Assembly: GCF_000143415.4 (NCBI RefSeq) | Contig: NW_003314347.1 | Location: forward strand, 333,438 to 397,437 | Source: Selaginella moellendorffii | Lineage: Eukaryota > Plantae > Lycopodiophyta | Direction of reading: 5' to 3' | Length of the DNA stretch: 64,000 nt | Shown: piece by piece, positions 36,107 through 47,814 of the stretch | Layout of the letters: every line of letters begins with the position of its first letter | How positions within the stretch are numbered: position 1 is the first letter of the stretch | Program-made: the position numbers and the translations under genes | Notes under the pieces: model-generated | What the model was told of the DNA's origin: nothing | Seen by the model: the letters and a program-made list of their open reading frames with translations, nothing else | The model's database searches: none

Positions 36107-36300
36107 TTCTTCTGCGAAGAAGGAAAGAAAAAGAAACCCAAGAGAGAAGACGAAGAACGTGTGGCATCGAGTCTTTCAGTTACTGGCCATTTCCACGTGT
36201 GCGATCCAGACTAAGCCACGTCGGTACCAAAGTTTCAACGGTCAATTGGTCAATCAAAGTAGACTAGGTCACAAAAGAGAAATTTAGGTTTTTGGGAAGC

Positions 36301-38043
36301 ATGCTTGGCTTGCGGCCATGGCTTCTAGCGCAATCTCCTCAAGCTCTCAAGCGCCACGATCTGGTCGTGCGATCTCTTCACCAGGAATGTGGGCGCAAAT
36401 CTCGCCTTGTTTTTCTTGGAACACCGGAGGTGTGTAACGATTCTTTGTTCGTTTCTTTCCTCTTTCGAATTTATTTTGCCCTTTCCAGCCCGCTGCAAAG
36501 GTCCTCGATTCTTTGCTAGACGCCGCAGCGGCTAAAGACTCCAAATTCGAGGTGCGTAGCTTAGAATTTGCATGCATTGCTAGAGAAAACTCTAGAGAAA
36601 AGTTTGTGTTACTTATAGATGATCGATCCAGATTGCTGGGATCGTCACGCAGCCGCCAGCAGCCAGAGGTCGAGGCAAGAAGCAAATGCCATCTCTAGTC
36701 GCCCAAAGAGCTCTCGACCGGCAATTCCCTCCACACTTGATCTTTTCGCCAGAGAAAGCCAGTGAGGTGAGAGCTTGAAAATGGAATGAAAACGAATGAC
36801 TTCTGGGCTTTTGTAGCAATGTTTTTTGGAAGAACTGAAGAGTTTGGAGCCGGATCTCTGCGTGACTGCGGCTTACGGCAACATTCTCTCTCAGAAGTTC
36901 CTTGACATTCCAAAGCTTGGTTTGCATCATATCTCTTAAACTTTTCATCTGTGTCCAACTTAGTTCTTCTTTCTTTTCTTTTTTTCTCTTTTCAAAGGTA
37001 CTGTTAATGTTCATCCGAGCTTGCTGCCGCTGTATCGAGGTGCCGCTCCAGTGCAGCGAGCCATTCAGGTGAGGAGCTCTTCGTGGATTAAGCTGTCTCT
37101 TGAGTACTCAGTATTTTCTTCTTTTCGTAGGATGGAGTGAAGGTTACTGGCGTGAGTGTCGCTTACACAGTCCGAGCTCTCGACTCTGGCCCTGTTGTAG
37201 CCTCTGAAAGCGTTGAAGTGGACGAAAACATTAAGGTAAAGCTTGCACGCAAGGTGTTCATATTCTTTTTCTAGATTGCTTCTCTCTTTCTTTCTCGCAG
37301 GCACCTGAGCTACAAGATCTTCTCTTCTCTAAAGGTAGAGCTTTGTGAAAATGTACGAAGTTTTCTTGAGTTTCTTTGCACAAGGACAAGAGTTCTTATT
37401 TCTTCTTTTGCTCTGCGCTAGGGACGTGTTTGCTGCTGAGAGAAATGCCACATCTACTGGATGGAACGGGACGAAGTCGGGCTACGGAGCAAGATCACTC
37501 TCGCGCCACTCACGCTCCCAAGGTTGGTTTGTCAAATTCTTTTGCTATTCCATCAACTCTTCCTTTTTCTTTAGATTGGTGTAGAGGGAGCGTGGCTTTC
37601 ATTCGAGGAGCCTGCGGCTATAATCCACAACAAGGTACCCAAAGCCTTAGGAAGAAATATATCCAGACACTGCATCGATTTTTCCAGGTGCGAGCTTTTT
37701 CCGAATGGCCTGGGACCAAGGCAAAGTTCCATCTCTCGAGCAGCAACGATCGCGAGATCCTGGAGATGAAGATCGTGACAACCAGAGTTTGCCAGTCAGG
37801 ATTTCCATCGACTCGCTCCATTCTACTCAACGCTGGATCGATGCTTGTGGAATGCGGTGACCACTCTTGGCTGGAGGTAGCGCTCGATCTTTCCTCTCTT
37901 TGTTTCGCGTGTGTGATTCTTCGTTCTTCCAGATTTTGGAGGTCCAGCCACCAGGAAGAAAAGTGATGAAGGCTCGCGATTTTTGGAATGGCTTGCAAGG
38001 AAAGGAATTGACAAAGTTTTACGAGGAAGTTCTAATGCACTGA
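36301..38043 (+). CDS. FMT: Methionyl-tRNA formyltransferase (organellar)
   Basis: LVFLGTPE, IVTQPP, PDLCVTAAYGNIL..KFLDIP.LGTVNVHPSLLPLYRGAAPVQRAI, LDSGP, VRAFSEWPGT, LEVQPPGRKVM.ARDFWNG. Stop at 38041-38043. Confidence 0.95.
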
Positions 38044-38104
38044 GATAGAGCTCGTTGGAAATTTAAATTTCCCGCCGTGGCACAAAACCCTAGCTAGTCC
38101 TGTG

Positions 38105-38951
38105 ATGAGGAGGTTTGGGATGAACAAGCCGAGCGCCGGCGAGCTCGCGTCCCTCTGCGCATCATACGACAGGTTTGAGCGCCAGATCCCCCGCGGCGGC
38201 GATCACAGGCGGCTGGATTTCTCGCGCTCCCGGCCGCTGCCGCCGCCGCCGCCGCATTGCTACGCATCGCAGCCGTCGCAGAGCCAGCAGGAATCCTTCT
38301 CTTCCCAGGGCTTCTCGCAATCCAGGCGAGAATCGCAGGTCACGGCCACGGATTTGGTCCCTTTGCCAGTCTCAATTCGATCGGACGAAGCGATCGAGCA
38401 GCGGTTGGCTGCTCTGGAAAATCTCGTGGCCGGGGTTGCGGAGAGCATCAGTTCCATGCGGAACTCTCTGGACGACCAGAATCGCAAGGTTTCATTCATG
38501 GTGAGTTCTTTCTTTCTATTCCAGTTCTAATGTTTTTTTTGCTTTTCTTGTGAATGGAAGTTGAAGGAGGAGGAAGGCACCATCAAACGAGTGCTCGATC
38601 AGATCCAAGCTGTGCCCGCAAAGCTGTCCGGGGATCTTAAAACGGCACTCCGAGAGGAACTCAAGCAAGCGCTCTTGGAGTCGGACGAAGAAACTGTTAG
38701 CCAATGCAAGGATCCGAGAGATAAGAGCGCATGCAGTGTGGAGATCAGCAGGAGGAAAGCAGCAAGAGAGGAGGAGCAACGATCCGAAGGTAAAACGCGA
38801 ACTCTTTGTTGCCTTTTTTTTCCTTCTTGGCTTTATCTCGTACTTTGCAGATTCTACAACCTTGGATCTCTATTCTCCAAGCGCAAAGGAGCTCAAGAAA
38901 ATGCGAGACAAGGTCCTGAGAGCTCGGAGGAGCATTAAGAAACGAGCCTGA
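38105..38951 (+). CDS. Coiled-coil protein, possibly PRD3/PAIR1-like
   Basis: Three exons. SQ-rich N-terminus (SQPSQSQQESFSSQGFSQ), a coiled coil (EAIEQRLAALEN..) and a basic C-terminus (VLRARRSIKKRA). The layout recalls PRD3/PAIR1 but the similarity is weak. Confidence 0.45.
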
Positions 38952-39069
38952 CGAGATCCACTTGGTCTTCCGCGGTATGTAGAATCTAGACTTCCTGTTT
39001 AGTTAAAAACATTTGGAGATAATCATCCTTCGGAACTTCCACACTTACATACCCAGCAAAGTGGACTTT

Positions 39070-39520
39070 CGACAGGATGTGCTTTCACAGCCTTGTGTTC
39101 TGGAGCTGCGATATGTCGAGAACACGTTTGCAAAGCAGAGCTGGCTTTGGAGATGTTCGAATGGATCAGTGAGGACGGCTGCCAACCAAATGCCTCGACT
39201 TTGCTCCTGCTCTGAAAGCTCGCACCACCTTCAGCCGACGAAGAAAAGAAGGAAATCCACGGATAGAGAAGGGAATGGCCAATATTCACTCGCAGTGCTC
39301 ACAGGATGATGCAGGGAACAGCAAGGGTGATACGGCTTTGGAGTTAGTAGCGGAAATACAAGCAGCGTGCTCCAAACTCTTCACCGTTTGTCGGAGCGCT
39401 CAAAGCGTATTTCTCTTGCAGCTAAAGAGGAGGGGACTGACTTGGAGGAAGCTGCTATGGATGTCCACTTGCAAGCTGGGTCGAGGCTCTGTAACTGGAT
39501 ACATTTCCAAGGTGTGGAAG
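39070..39520 (+). pseudogene. Highly degenerate PPR remnant
   Basis: Broken-frame fragments AELALEMFEWISEDGCQPNA and KGDTALELVAEIQAACS. Confidence 0.4.
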
Positions 39521-40072
39521 TTTGGTTTATTCATGGCATATTATGTTGAAGTGGGAATATAATGACTACTAGCATTCAGAAATGTCTGCACTTATTAATT
39601 CAAATTCTTCCATTGATAAATGCTAGAATACTTCAAGAACAAAGACATCGAGTATGGGTTGTAATGTCATGTGGACAAGCTTATCGAGCACAGAAAAACT
39701 ACACTTTAAAGTAGCTCGAGGTAAAAGAAAACTATATGTACTCTCCTAACCACAGAAAAGCCCCGAACTTGAATTCAGTCTTATATGCAGTGAAACCCGT
39801 ATCAAGTTGAATGATAGCATTCGCCTTTTGTCTACATCTGGATGCGATTTCAATCACGAATTGCCTGTGCATGGCTCTCTAGCAGGCCGATTCAGCAACC
39901 GCAAGCACCTGTCACTGTGCATGATTCTCGGAGTTGCATGTGTACAGTGATTGTGCCTAGCAAAACGATGGATTAAACCTCATCGAATTCAGATTCTGCC
40001 TCCTACTTCTTCTCCTACTGTGCATGGTCACTAGCAAACCTCATAATAAGCAAACTAAAGCGTTGACGTAAC

Positions 40073-41250
40073 TCAAAGAGCAAAGGACTGGTCTGGATCC
40101 AGAATAAGAACATCCAGGCACCGGCTGAACATGATTGTGGGTGGTTTTGGAGGGAGTTCTTCCCAAACACCAGTGTCCAGGTTGCAAATTACAGCGTCTT
40201 CATCGGCCGCACGATGTTCCCAAGGAGTCCAGTGCACAAACTGCATGAAAACAAACTTGCCGGCTCCACAAACTTTGAGCTTGGAATACATGTCACAGCC
40301 GACGTGAAGCTTGCGCCACAAATCATCTGGCATCTTTGCAACTGTCTCCCACTTGTAAGCCTGTTCATCCATTTGCCATATAATCACTTCCGAGTAATCA
40401 TCCACGTCTGGGTAGTATTCTTCATCTTCATCCTCGTCGCGACCAGAAGACGGTGAGCCAGTCACAACGGTATCCACCACAGTCAGCTTGCCTTTGCACA
40501 GGAACAGATTGGGCTCCACAATGCGAATGCTTTCCGCGTACTCTTCCACACCATCCGCACCAAAGAAATCCAGGCTGTGAATCTGTCAAGGCTTCAGCTT
40601 CCATGTCGTAGAACATGACCCTCAGATACCCGTCTCTGCCACTCTTCGCCAAGAAGCAGAACCTGTTGCCAACCATGACATTGCACGGATAAAACTCAAG
40701 GTACTGCAGCGACTCCAACTCCCAGGACCTCCGCCATACCTTCGTCCCGCTTTCGTATATATAAACACCTGTGACTTCACCGAATTCGGCCATTGCTACC
40801 ACCCTGAACTCTTTTGAGCTGCTTGCCTTGGGAACAATAGCTGCGGTGTAGATGACGGTCTTGGGTGGGATAGTCACTTGGAACGCCTCCGATTTGAAAG
40901 GATTGAAGACGTGCATCAAGGCTGGCTTCTGACTAAACCTGAAGAAATCATCCGTGAGAAGGAACAGAGTGGACGAGAACTACACAATAATATCACAGAA
41001 AGACAATTGTTCAAGTACCTCTGTCCTCTGAAGGTACAAACAAGGCCACTGTTGGCACTGGTGAAGGTGTGATCGCTTCCACTTCCACCGAGACGACCTA
41101 AAGAGCCACACAGGGGTATCTTGAAGCAGGCCTTGGAAACGGCGTTGTGAACAACCAGCGAATCCAGCCCGCCGCTGTTGATCTTGTGCACAGCGAACCA
41201 GCAATCGCGTTCTTGGAGGTGCTCCGGCCCAAAGAACTTCATCCAGCTTG
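40073..41250 (-). pseudogene. F-box-associated beta-propeller gene, frameshifted and lacking a visible F-box
   Basis: SANSGLVC, VFNPF, FRVVA..VYIYESGTKVW, LFLCKGKL, IIWQM...WETVAKMP. One in-frame intron (~41017-40940). A frameshift is needed near 40570-40590. Confidence 0.65.
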
Positions 41251-41554
41251 GCTGCCTCCTGCGCCGATCTCGCCGAACAGCCAGGGCATTCGATCCCGTG
41301 GATGAACAAGACCCGATGCTCGTCCTCCTCTCCACCGGCATTTTCTTTCGCAACGGAAAAACAAAGCTTAGAAGATCTTTTTCTACGCCAAATGAAAATT
41401 CTTAAAAATTCTATATATATTCTAGGATATTCTTTAATCGTTGACTAAACATTCTCTTTCAATTCTCTATTATTAATGTTTTAGTAAATTGAGTATATAA
41501 AAAAAAGAATTTTGTGAAGAATAATCTTGAGAGGTAGCTTCCAATAGGTATAGC

Positions 41555-42075
41555 GGCCTCTACCTCTGATCTCATATATAGTTGTCTCTTGAGACGCAGT
41601 ATTTAAAAGAAATTCGTTGAAGAATCATGAATGGTGTCTTGAATTAAATCATAACTCTTGGACCCTGATTATCTGTTGAAAACTTATCTTTTCAAGTACC
41701 ATCTGCAGCTGACTGTTTGGGCTGATAGTACGCTCGTCTTGGGCGTGGAGAAGGCAACTAATGGTCTGTACCTCTGATCTCATGTATAGTTGTCTCTTGA
41801 GACTCTATCAAGAGTTGTGCAGTATTTAAAAGAAATTTCATGAATGGTGTCTTGAATTAAATCATAACTCTTGGACCCTGATTATCTGTTGAAAACTTAT
41901 CTTTTCAAGTACCATCTGCAGCTGACTGTTTGGGCTGATAGTACGCTCGTCTTGGGCGTGGAGAAGGCAACTAATGGCCTCTACCTCTGATCTCATATAT
42001 AGTTGTCTCTTGAGACGCTATCAAGAGTTGTGCAGTATTTAAAAGAAATTTGTGAAGAATCATGAATGGTGTCTT
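41555..42075. repeat. ~210-bp tandem repeat, about 2.5 copies
   Basis: Units start near 41555, 41763 and 41975 (tacctctgatctcat.tatagttgtctcttgagac...ggagaaggcaactaatgg) and are nearly identical. Confidence 0.92.
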
Positions 42076-42928
42076 CTGGTAGTACTAAATTTCTCCCAGG
42101 CTTGGCTGTCAGAGCTGCTTTAAGATCACAAAACAAATATGTGATGACAAGATATCAACATAGATTATACAATGGCACAAATAGCCCACTAATTACTCTC
42201 TTGTTGTGTTTAGCTGGGAAGGCAAGAGGCAACCAACCTTTATGAAATGACTGCAATTCCATGTCCCTGAAAAAACCAACCTAGTCCAGAAGAAACTAGA
42301 TCTGCACAAGGAAAGCAGCACTGCAAAGGCTATGGACTTCTTTTTAAAGGGAAATCTGGTCAAAGTTCTTGGGGAAAGAGCTCATTCACCAGTGTCACAA
42401 TGCAGAGGTGCAACAACAAAACACTAAGATCGTCTATGACAGATGTTGACTTGTACCACTCCTAGAATGGCTTCAAGGCCGATCCTTGTCTACACTTGCA
42501 ACTACACTTATGTCCAGTGTACCACGATTAATGGTGCACAGCTACGACAAATGTTGTACTTTCTCCAGAGTTTTTCTTTCCTGGCCAGGACCGATTCATG
42601 CATGTTTGAAACGGTGAGTAGTTAATCGTCACTGTCGGTTGTCGGATCCATCTGAGCCATTGCACTGTCATTATTAGAAAGGTAATAGGGATGGAAGGAT
42701 GGTGTGATCCAGGTGCTTACACCTCTGGATTGGAATGGGCAGATCGAGGACATTGCAAGGGGTGATGGTGTTTTTGGACATATTTCATTACGAGGAAGTC
42801 AAGCTCAAGAGCATGTGTCAGATGAGGAGGGAAGAGGTTCTGGCATGTCACTGCCCTTTGAGCTAACAAGAGCTTGCTAGAGACGTTGAACAAGCTGTGA
42901 GGAGGATACAAGGGTGATTCAGAGGTGA

Positions 42929-43159
42929 TGTTAGGTGCCAGCTTTGCCACGTGGTCAACGTCAGTCAAAGGGAGGCTCAAGGGTATATTAAAGCATGTTA
43001 GGGTAAGGGATTTAACCTACTTTAGGGCTCACAGTGGAGCAGTGGTGCAGTAGAGCTTTTGAGGTAGCTCGGGGTGGTTGGGTGGTGAGGAACCTCAAGA
43101 GGTGGTATAACATAATCTAGGGCAATTAAATCTCTGTTTTTTTGTGCCGGATCATAACA
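42929..43159 (+). repeat. 5' LTR
   Basis: TGTTA...TAACA termini. About 84% identical to the 3' LTR by manual alignment. Confidence 0.92.
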
Positions 43160-46100
43160 TTGATATCAAAGTAGTTGGTTGCGATGGCCGACCAAACTGA
43201 ATGCTAGAATCCTATTGTCAATAGTGGTGCCGACAATAGTGCCGACAAAGTTATAGAGATTTGGACCATTCAAAATGTGATTCATGAGCTGCGAGCCTTT
43301 AATCGAAATCAGTAAGAGATGCAAGACGAGATGCATGGCATGATAGATATCATGTGTGGGCGTGTTGAGGCACTCGAGGTTGGACAGGGTAGCACTCCAA
43401 GTAAGCCTTCTTTGGTAGATCGACTCAAAATTCTAATTTTTTCCGGTGATGGTGGTGTGGATGAGTGTCTCACTTGGCTAGCCAATGTGAAGAAGTTCTT
43501 GGCTGCTAAGGGAACTCCAGATGCAAAGGCTTTAATGGCTATTCTGATGGTTTTGCGTGATGCGGGTCTTCGATAGTGGAATTGGCTTGAGGAGTCTCAT
43601 GTTGCGAATAAGAAACCACTAGTGTCTACCATGGATGAATTTGAGGCTACTTTCCGTTTACGTTTTGCCCCTCATTATGATGTGGAGAATGCTTGTACAG
43701 AATTTTAACATTTTCAGCAAGGGAAAATGACACTCGGGGACTATATTGAAAAACTTACTCGCTTGATTAGTCATGTTCCAACGAAGGATCCAGATCAGAA
43801 CAAGTCCTACTTCATTGATGGCTTACATAATGAGAGCATGCGGCAACACTTGCGTCATTCTCATCATACAAAGAGTTTGGAAGAGCTCTTTGATGTGGCT
43901 CGTCGACTTGACAATGACAAGCACAAGTCTCACAAGCATTCACGGAGTCTTTCTGTCGAGAATTGTCGTGATGATCACTGTGGACACAAGGATGGGAACA
44001 AGCATCACAAGTTGAAGTCAGTGGTGACTACTTCGGATGCAAAAGGGTCCAAGAAGCAGAAGTTCTTTGTAAAGAATTATAGACAGGGTTGTCATCATTG
44101 CGGCGAACTTGGATACTACAAGGCTGATTATCCGCAGTTGAAGAACAAACAGTAGGACAAGAAAAATGGCCAATCTTCTTCTCACGGTAAATCAGATACT
44201 AAAAAGTTGCAAACTTTGCAGCATGAGGATGACGAAAACGACCATTCCGGTTAAAGGAAGAGACTTTCGATCGTTGCTCATCAGCTCAATTGTGTATGGA
44301 ACAAGATGGAGCTCGAGGATATGCGTGAATCAGCTTTAATGTTGGAGGGCGTGTTCCGTGGCGATGTAGTGCGGATTTTACTAGATAGTGGGAGCGATGA
44401 CAACTTTGTTTCGGCAAAGTTTGTTGCAGAGCATGGCCTGGTCACACGCGGAGTTCTTCCATACATAGTGGAAGGTGCAACTACCTTTACTCAGCATTTC
44501 GATACTTGTGTCAAGGGGCTAGAAGTGTTGGTTGGCAAAACCACATTTGTGGAGACTTTTTATCTCGTGGATATCCATCATGTGGATCTCATTCTTGGGA
44601 TGGTGAACGTGGATCCAGAAATAAAGTGGAGTATTAAGCGTATTTCGCTAGAGTATGGTAGCGTTAAAGATGTGTGGTTTGGCGAACCAGTTGTTATACT
44701 CTCTACTACATCTTTGAAGTAGGTTTGTCGTAATGGAAAAACGCTTTTGAGTTACTTGCTATTTTTTCATGACTTGGGAGACCAAGGCATGTATGGGGGA
44801 GAAGTAGTAGTACGGGATGTACTTGACGAGTTTTCTAATGTTTTTCCATCTGAACTTCCTCATGGATTGCCTCCGTTACGAGGTGTGGAGCATGGGATTA
44901 CATTGGAGCCGGGGACGCGGCCAATTTACCAACGTCCATTTCGGTTAAGTTATGTGGAGGAGCAAAAAGTTCAATGACAAGTCAAGGAATTACTTGAGTT
45001 TGGATTTATTCAGCCAAGTAAGTCTCCGTTTGGTGCTCCAGTCTTGCTTGTGAATAAGAAGGACGGTTCAATATGAATGTGTATTGACTGCCGCACTTTG
45101 AACAAGAAGACAGTGAAGGATAAGATGCCGATGCCACATGTGGATGATATTCTAAACAAGCTTGGTGAAGCACGAGTGTTTACCAAGATTGATCTAAGGA
45201 GTGGATATCATTAGATTGCAATAGATGATGCATCTATCTCCAAGACAGCATTCAACACAAGCTTCGGACATTTTGAGTTTACAGTTATGCCGTTTGGTTT
45301 GACAAATGCACCAGCCACATTTACTCGGTCAATGACGATGGTATTTAGGCATTATCTTCATGAGTTTGTGGAGATTTTCCTGAATGATATTCTTGTTTTT
45401 AGCAAGAATATGGAGGAGCATAAGATGCATTTACGCAAGGTTCTTTTGTTACTCTGAGACAACAAACTTTATGCGAAGAAGAGCAAATGTGAATTTGCAA
45501 AGTCGGAGGTGGAATATTTAGGCCATATTGTAACATCTAAGGGTGTCAAGACGGATCCAAGAAAGGTGGCTGTGGTGGAAAACTAGCCTACACCGACTAC
45601 AGTGGCTGAGTTGCACAATTTTTTTGGTATGGCTAGTTACTACTAATGTTTCCAGCATAAGGTTGCAGAGGTGGCTATTCTTTTGACACGGTTGTTATGC
45701 AAGAATGTGCCATTCGAGTGGAAGAAGTCACAAGAGGAGACTTTTGTGGCGCTGAAACGATTGTTAAGTGAGACTCCAGTGCTTCACATTGCTGATCCAT
45801 CGAAACCTTATGAGGTGACATGTGATGCGAGTGGTTATGCATTGGGAGGAGTTCTCATGCAAGAGGGACAACCTATTGCATATGAGAGTCAAACTTTGAA
45901 TTCTAGGGAGCAACACTATTCCATATATGAGCAAGATTTACTCTCTATTGTTTATGCTTTGCAGACGTGGTGGCACTATCTTTATGGTGCAGTGTTCGTA
46001 GTGTTGACAGATCACAAACCATTTGTGTATCTTTTCACACATAAAGAGTTGAACACTAGGCAAGCTCGTTAGATGGTTAAACTTATGGAGTTTGGGGAGT

Positions 46101-47581
46101 TTCCTATTGAGCATCGTCTGGGAAAATCAAATGTGGTGGCAGATGCTTTATCTCGTGTTCGTCATATGGCGACGTTACAAACACAATTTTGTCATCATTT
46201 GAGTAAGGTGGTCAGCGAATTTGGGCAATTGGTTGAGCATGCTCAGGCTCAAGATGCTAAGATACCCTCTTTGCGAGACCAGATGAAAGCCCCTTTCTCA
46301 TTGGTGGATGGGATTCTCTACTACAATGGCCATGTATATTTGCCATGGGTGGATGTGTTAATTACTCAAGTTTTATTCCACTAAAATCCAGAGGCCGGTC
46401 ATTTTGGGGGAAAGAAGATGTATGAGTTGATTAAGTGCAACTTTTATTAGAGGAATATGAAGGTTGATATCCTCAAGTATTGTAAATCATGCGAGCTTTG
46501 TCATCGGGTTAAGGTGCCACGGGAGAAGTCGGGGGGACTTTTGCAACCTTTACCTATTCCTCAGAGTCGTTGGTGTAGTATCTCTATGGACTTCATCATT
46601 TGTTTGCCACGAACACAAATGCAAAATGAGCAAGTATGGGTCATAGTGGATCAGTTGATAAAGTATGTGTGGTTGTTGGCTTTTCAAAAGACTGTCACTA
46701 CCTCAGACTTGGCTGCGGTTTACTTAGAGAAGGTTTTTTCCTGATTTTGGTTTGCTAGAGGACATCATTAGTGATTGAGATTCAAAGTTCACTAGTGGAT
46801 TTTGGAAAAGCTTTGCAAAGGTTGTGCAAGTGACTTTGAAACTCTTGAGTGGAAATCATCTTCAGACATATGAGCAAACCGAGCGTGTGAATCAGGTGGT
46901 GGAGGATATGCTACATTGTAGCATTGGTTAAAAGCAAGGATAGTGGGATTTATATCTTCCGTTGGTACAATTTGTTTATAACAATAGCCAACACAATGGA
47001 ACCAAGCTAAGTCCTTACTTTGCCATGTTTGGAAGGCATCCTCAAACAGCGGTGGAGTTGGGATTGCATTTGAGTAAGGACGTTCAAGATAAGCTTGATT
47101 CCAAGGCAACTGATTTAGCCACAAAACTTGATGAGATTCTGGTCGTGTGCAAACAGAATTTGTAAGCAGCTTAGGATAGAGCGGAGAAGTTTGCTAATGA
47201 GCATCGCCAATTCCAGGAATATAAAGTGGGTGATCTCATCTTTGTGTGGGTGATCTTTCCGTCAAGTGAGCGGTAGAACACCTTAGTGCCTTTATGGACA
47301 GGGAAGAGTGATAAACTTTTCTATCGATATGCTAATCCATATAAAGTGCTGGAGCGCATTGGTAAAGTAGCTTATCGGGTGTGGTTGCCAATTAGGGTGA
47401 AAATTCATCCAGTATTTTATGTCAGCTAGTTGAAATGTGTACTATCTCGGAGTGACGGGCACAATGCCTCCTTGATGTATATAGCTGTGGATGGACCAAG
47501 AGCTTGAGCAGGGTTCCCCAAAAAGGGTGATCACCGGTACAACTTGTCCTTGGGACAAGGACTTTGTTGGGGGTGAAGAAT

Positions 47582-47814
47582 TGTTAGGCATTAGCTTTGA
47601 CCACGTGGTCAACGTCGGTCAAAGGGAGACTCAAGGGTATATTAAGGCATGTTAGCGTAAGGGACTTAACCTACCCTAGGGCTTATAGTGGAGTGGCAGC
47701 GCAATAGAGCTTTTGAGGTAGCTTGAGGGTGGTTGGGTGGTGAGGAACTTTAAGAAGTGGCATAGCATAGTCTAGGGTTGCTAGATCTTTGTCTTTTGAT
47801 GCCGGATCATAATA
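47582..47814 (+). repeat. 3' LTR
   Basis: TGTTA...TAATA (terminal CA mutated to TA), followed by the TSD. Confidence 0.92.

Larger units (their letters stand above)
42929..47814 (+). mobile_element. Full-length but degenerate Ty3/gypsy LTR retrotransposon
   Basis: Two LTRs and a 5-bp TSD GGTGA (42924-42928 and 47815-47819). Degenerate iMet-type PBS (tgatatcaaag) after the 5' LTR, and a purine tract before the 3' LTR. Domain order gag (CHHCGELG), protease (ILLDSGS), RT (KIDLRSGYH, MPFGLTNAP), RNase H (VTCDASG), integrase (ISMDFI). Many premature stops. Confidence 0.95.

Noticed and set aside
35268-38043. Direct transfer of a bacterial def-fmt operon
   Set aside because: The genes are divergent rather than co-directional, contain introns, and resemble plant PDF1A and FMT.
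41555-42075. CRISPR-like array
   Set aside because: The units are long and contiguous with no unique spacers, there are no cas genes, and the context is eukaryotic.
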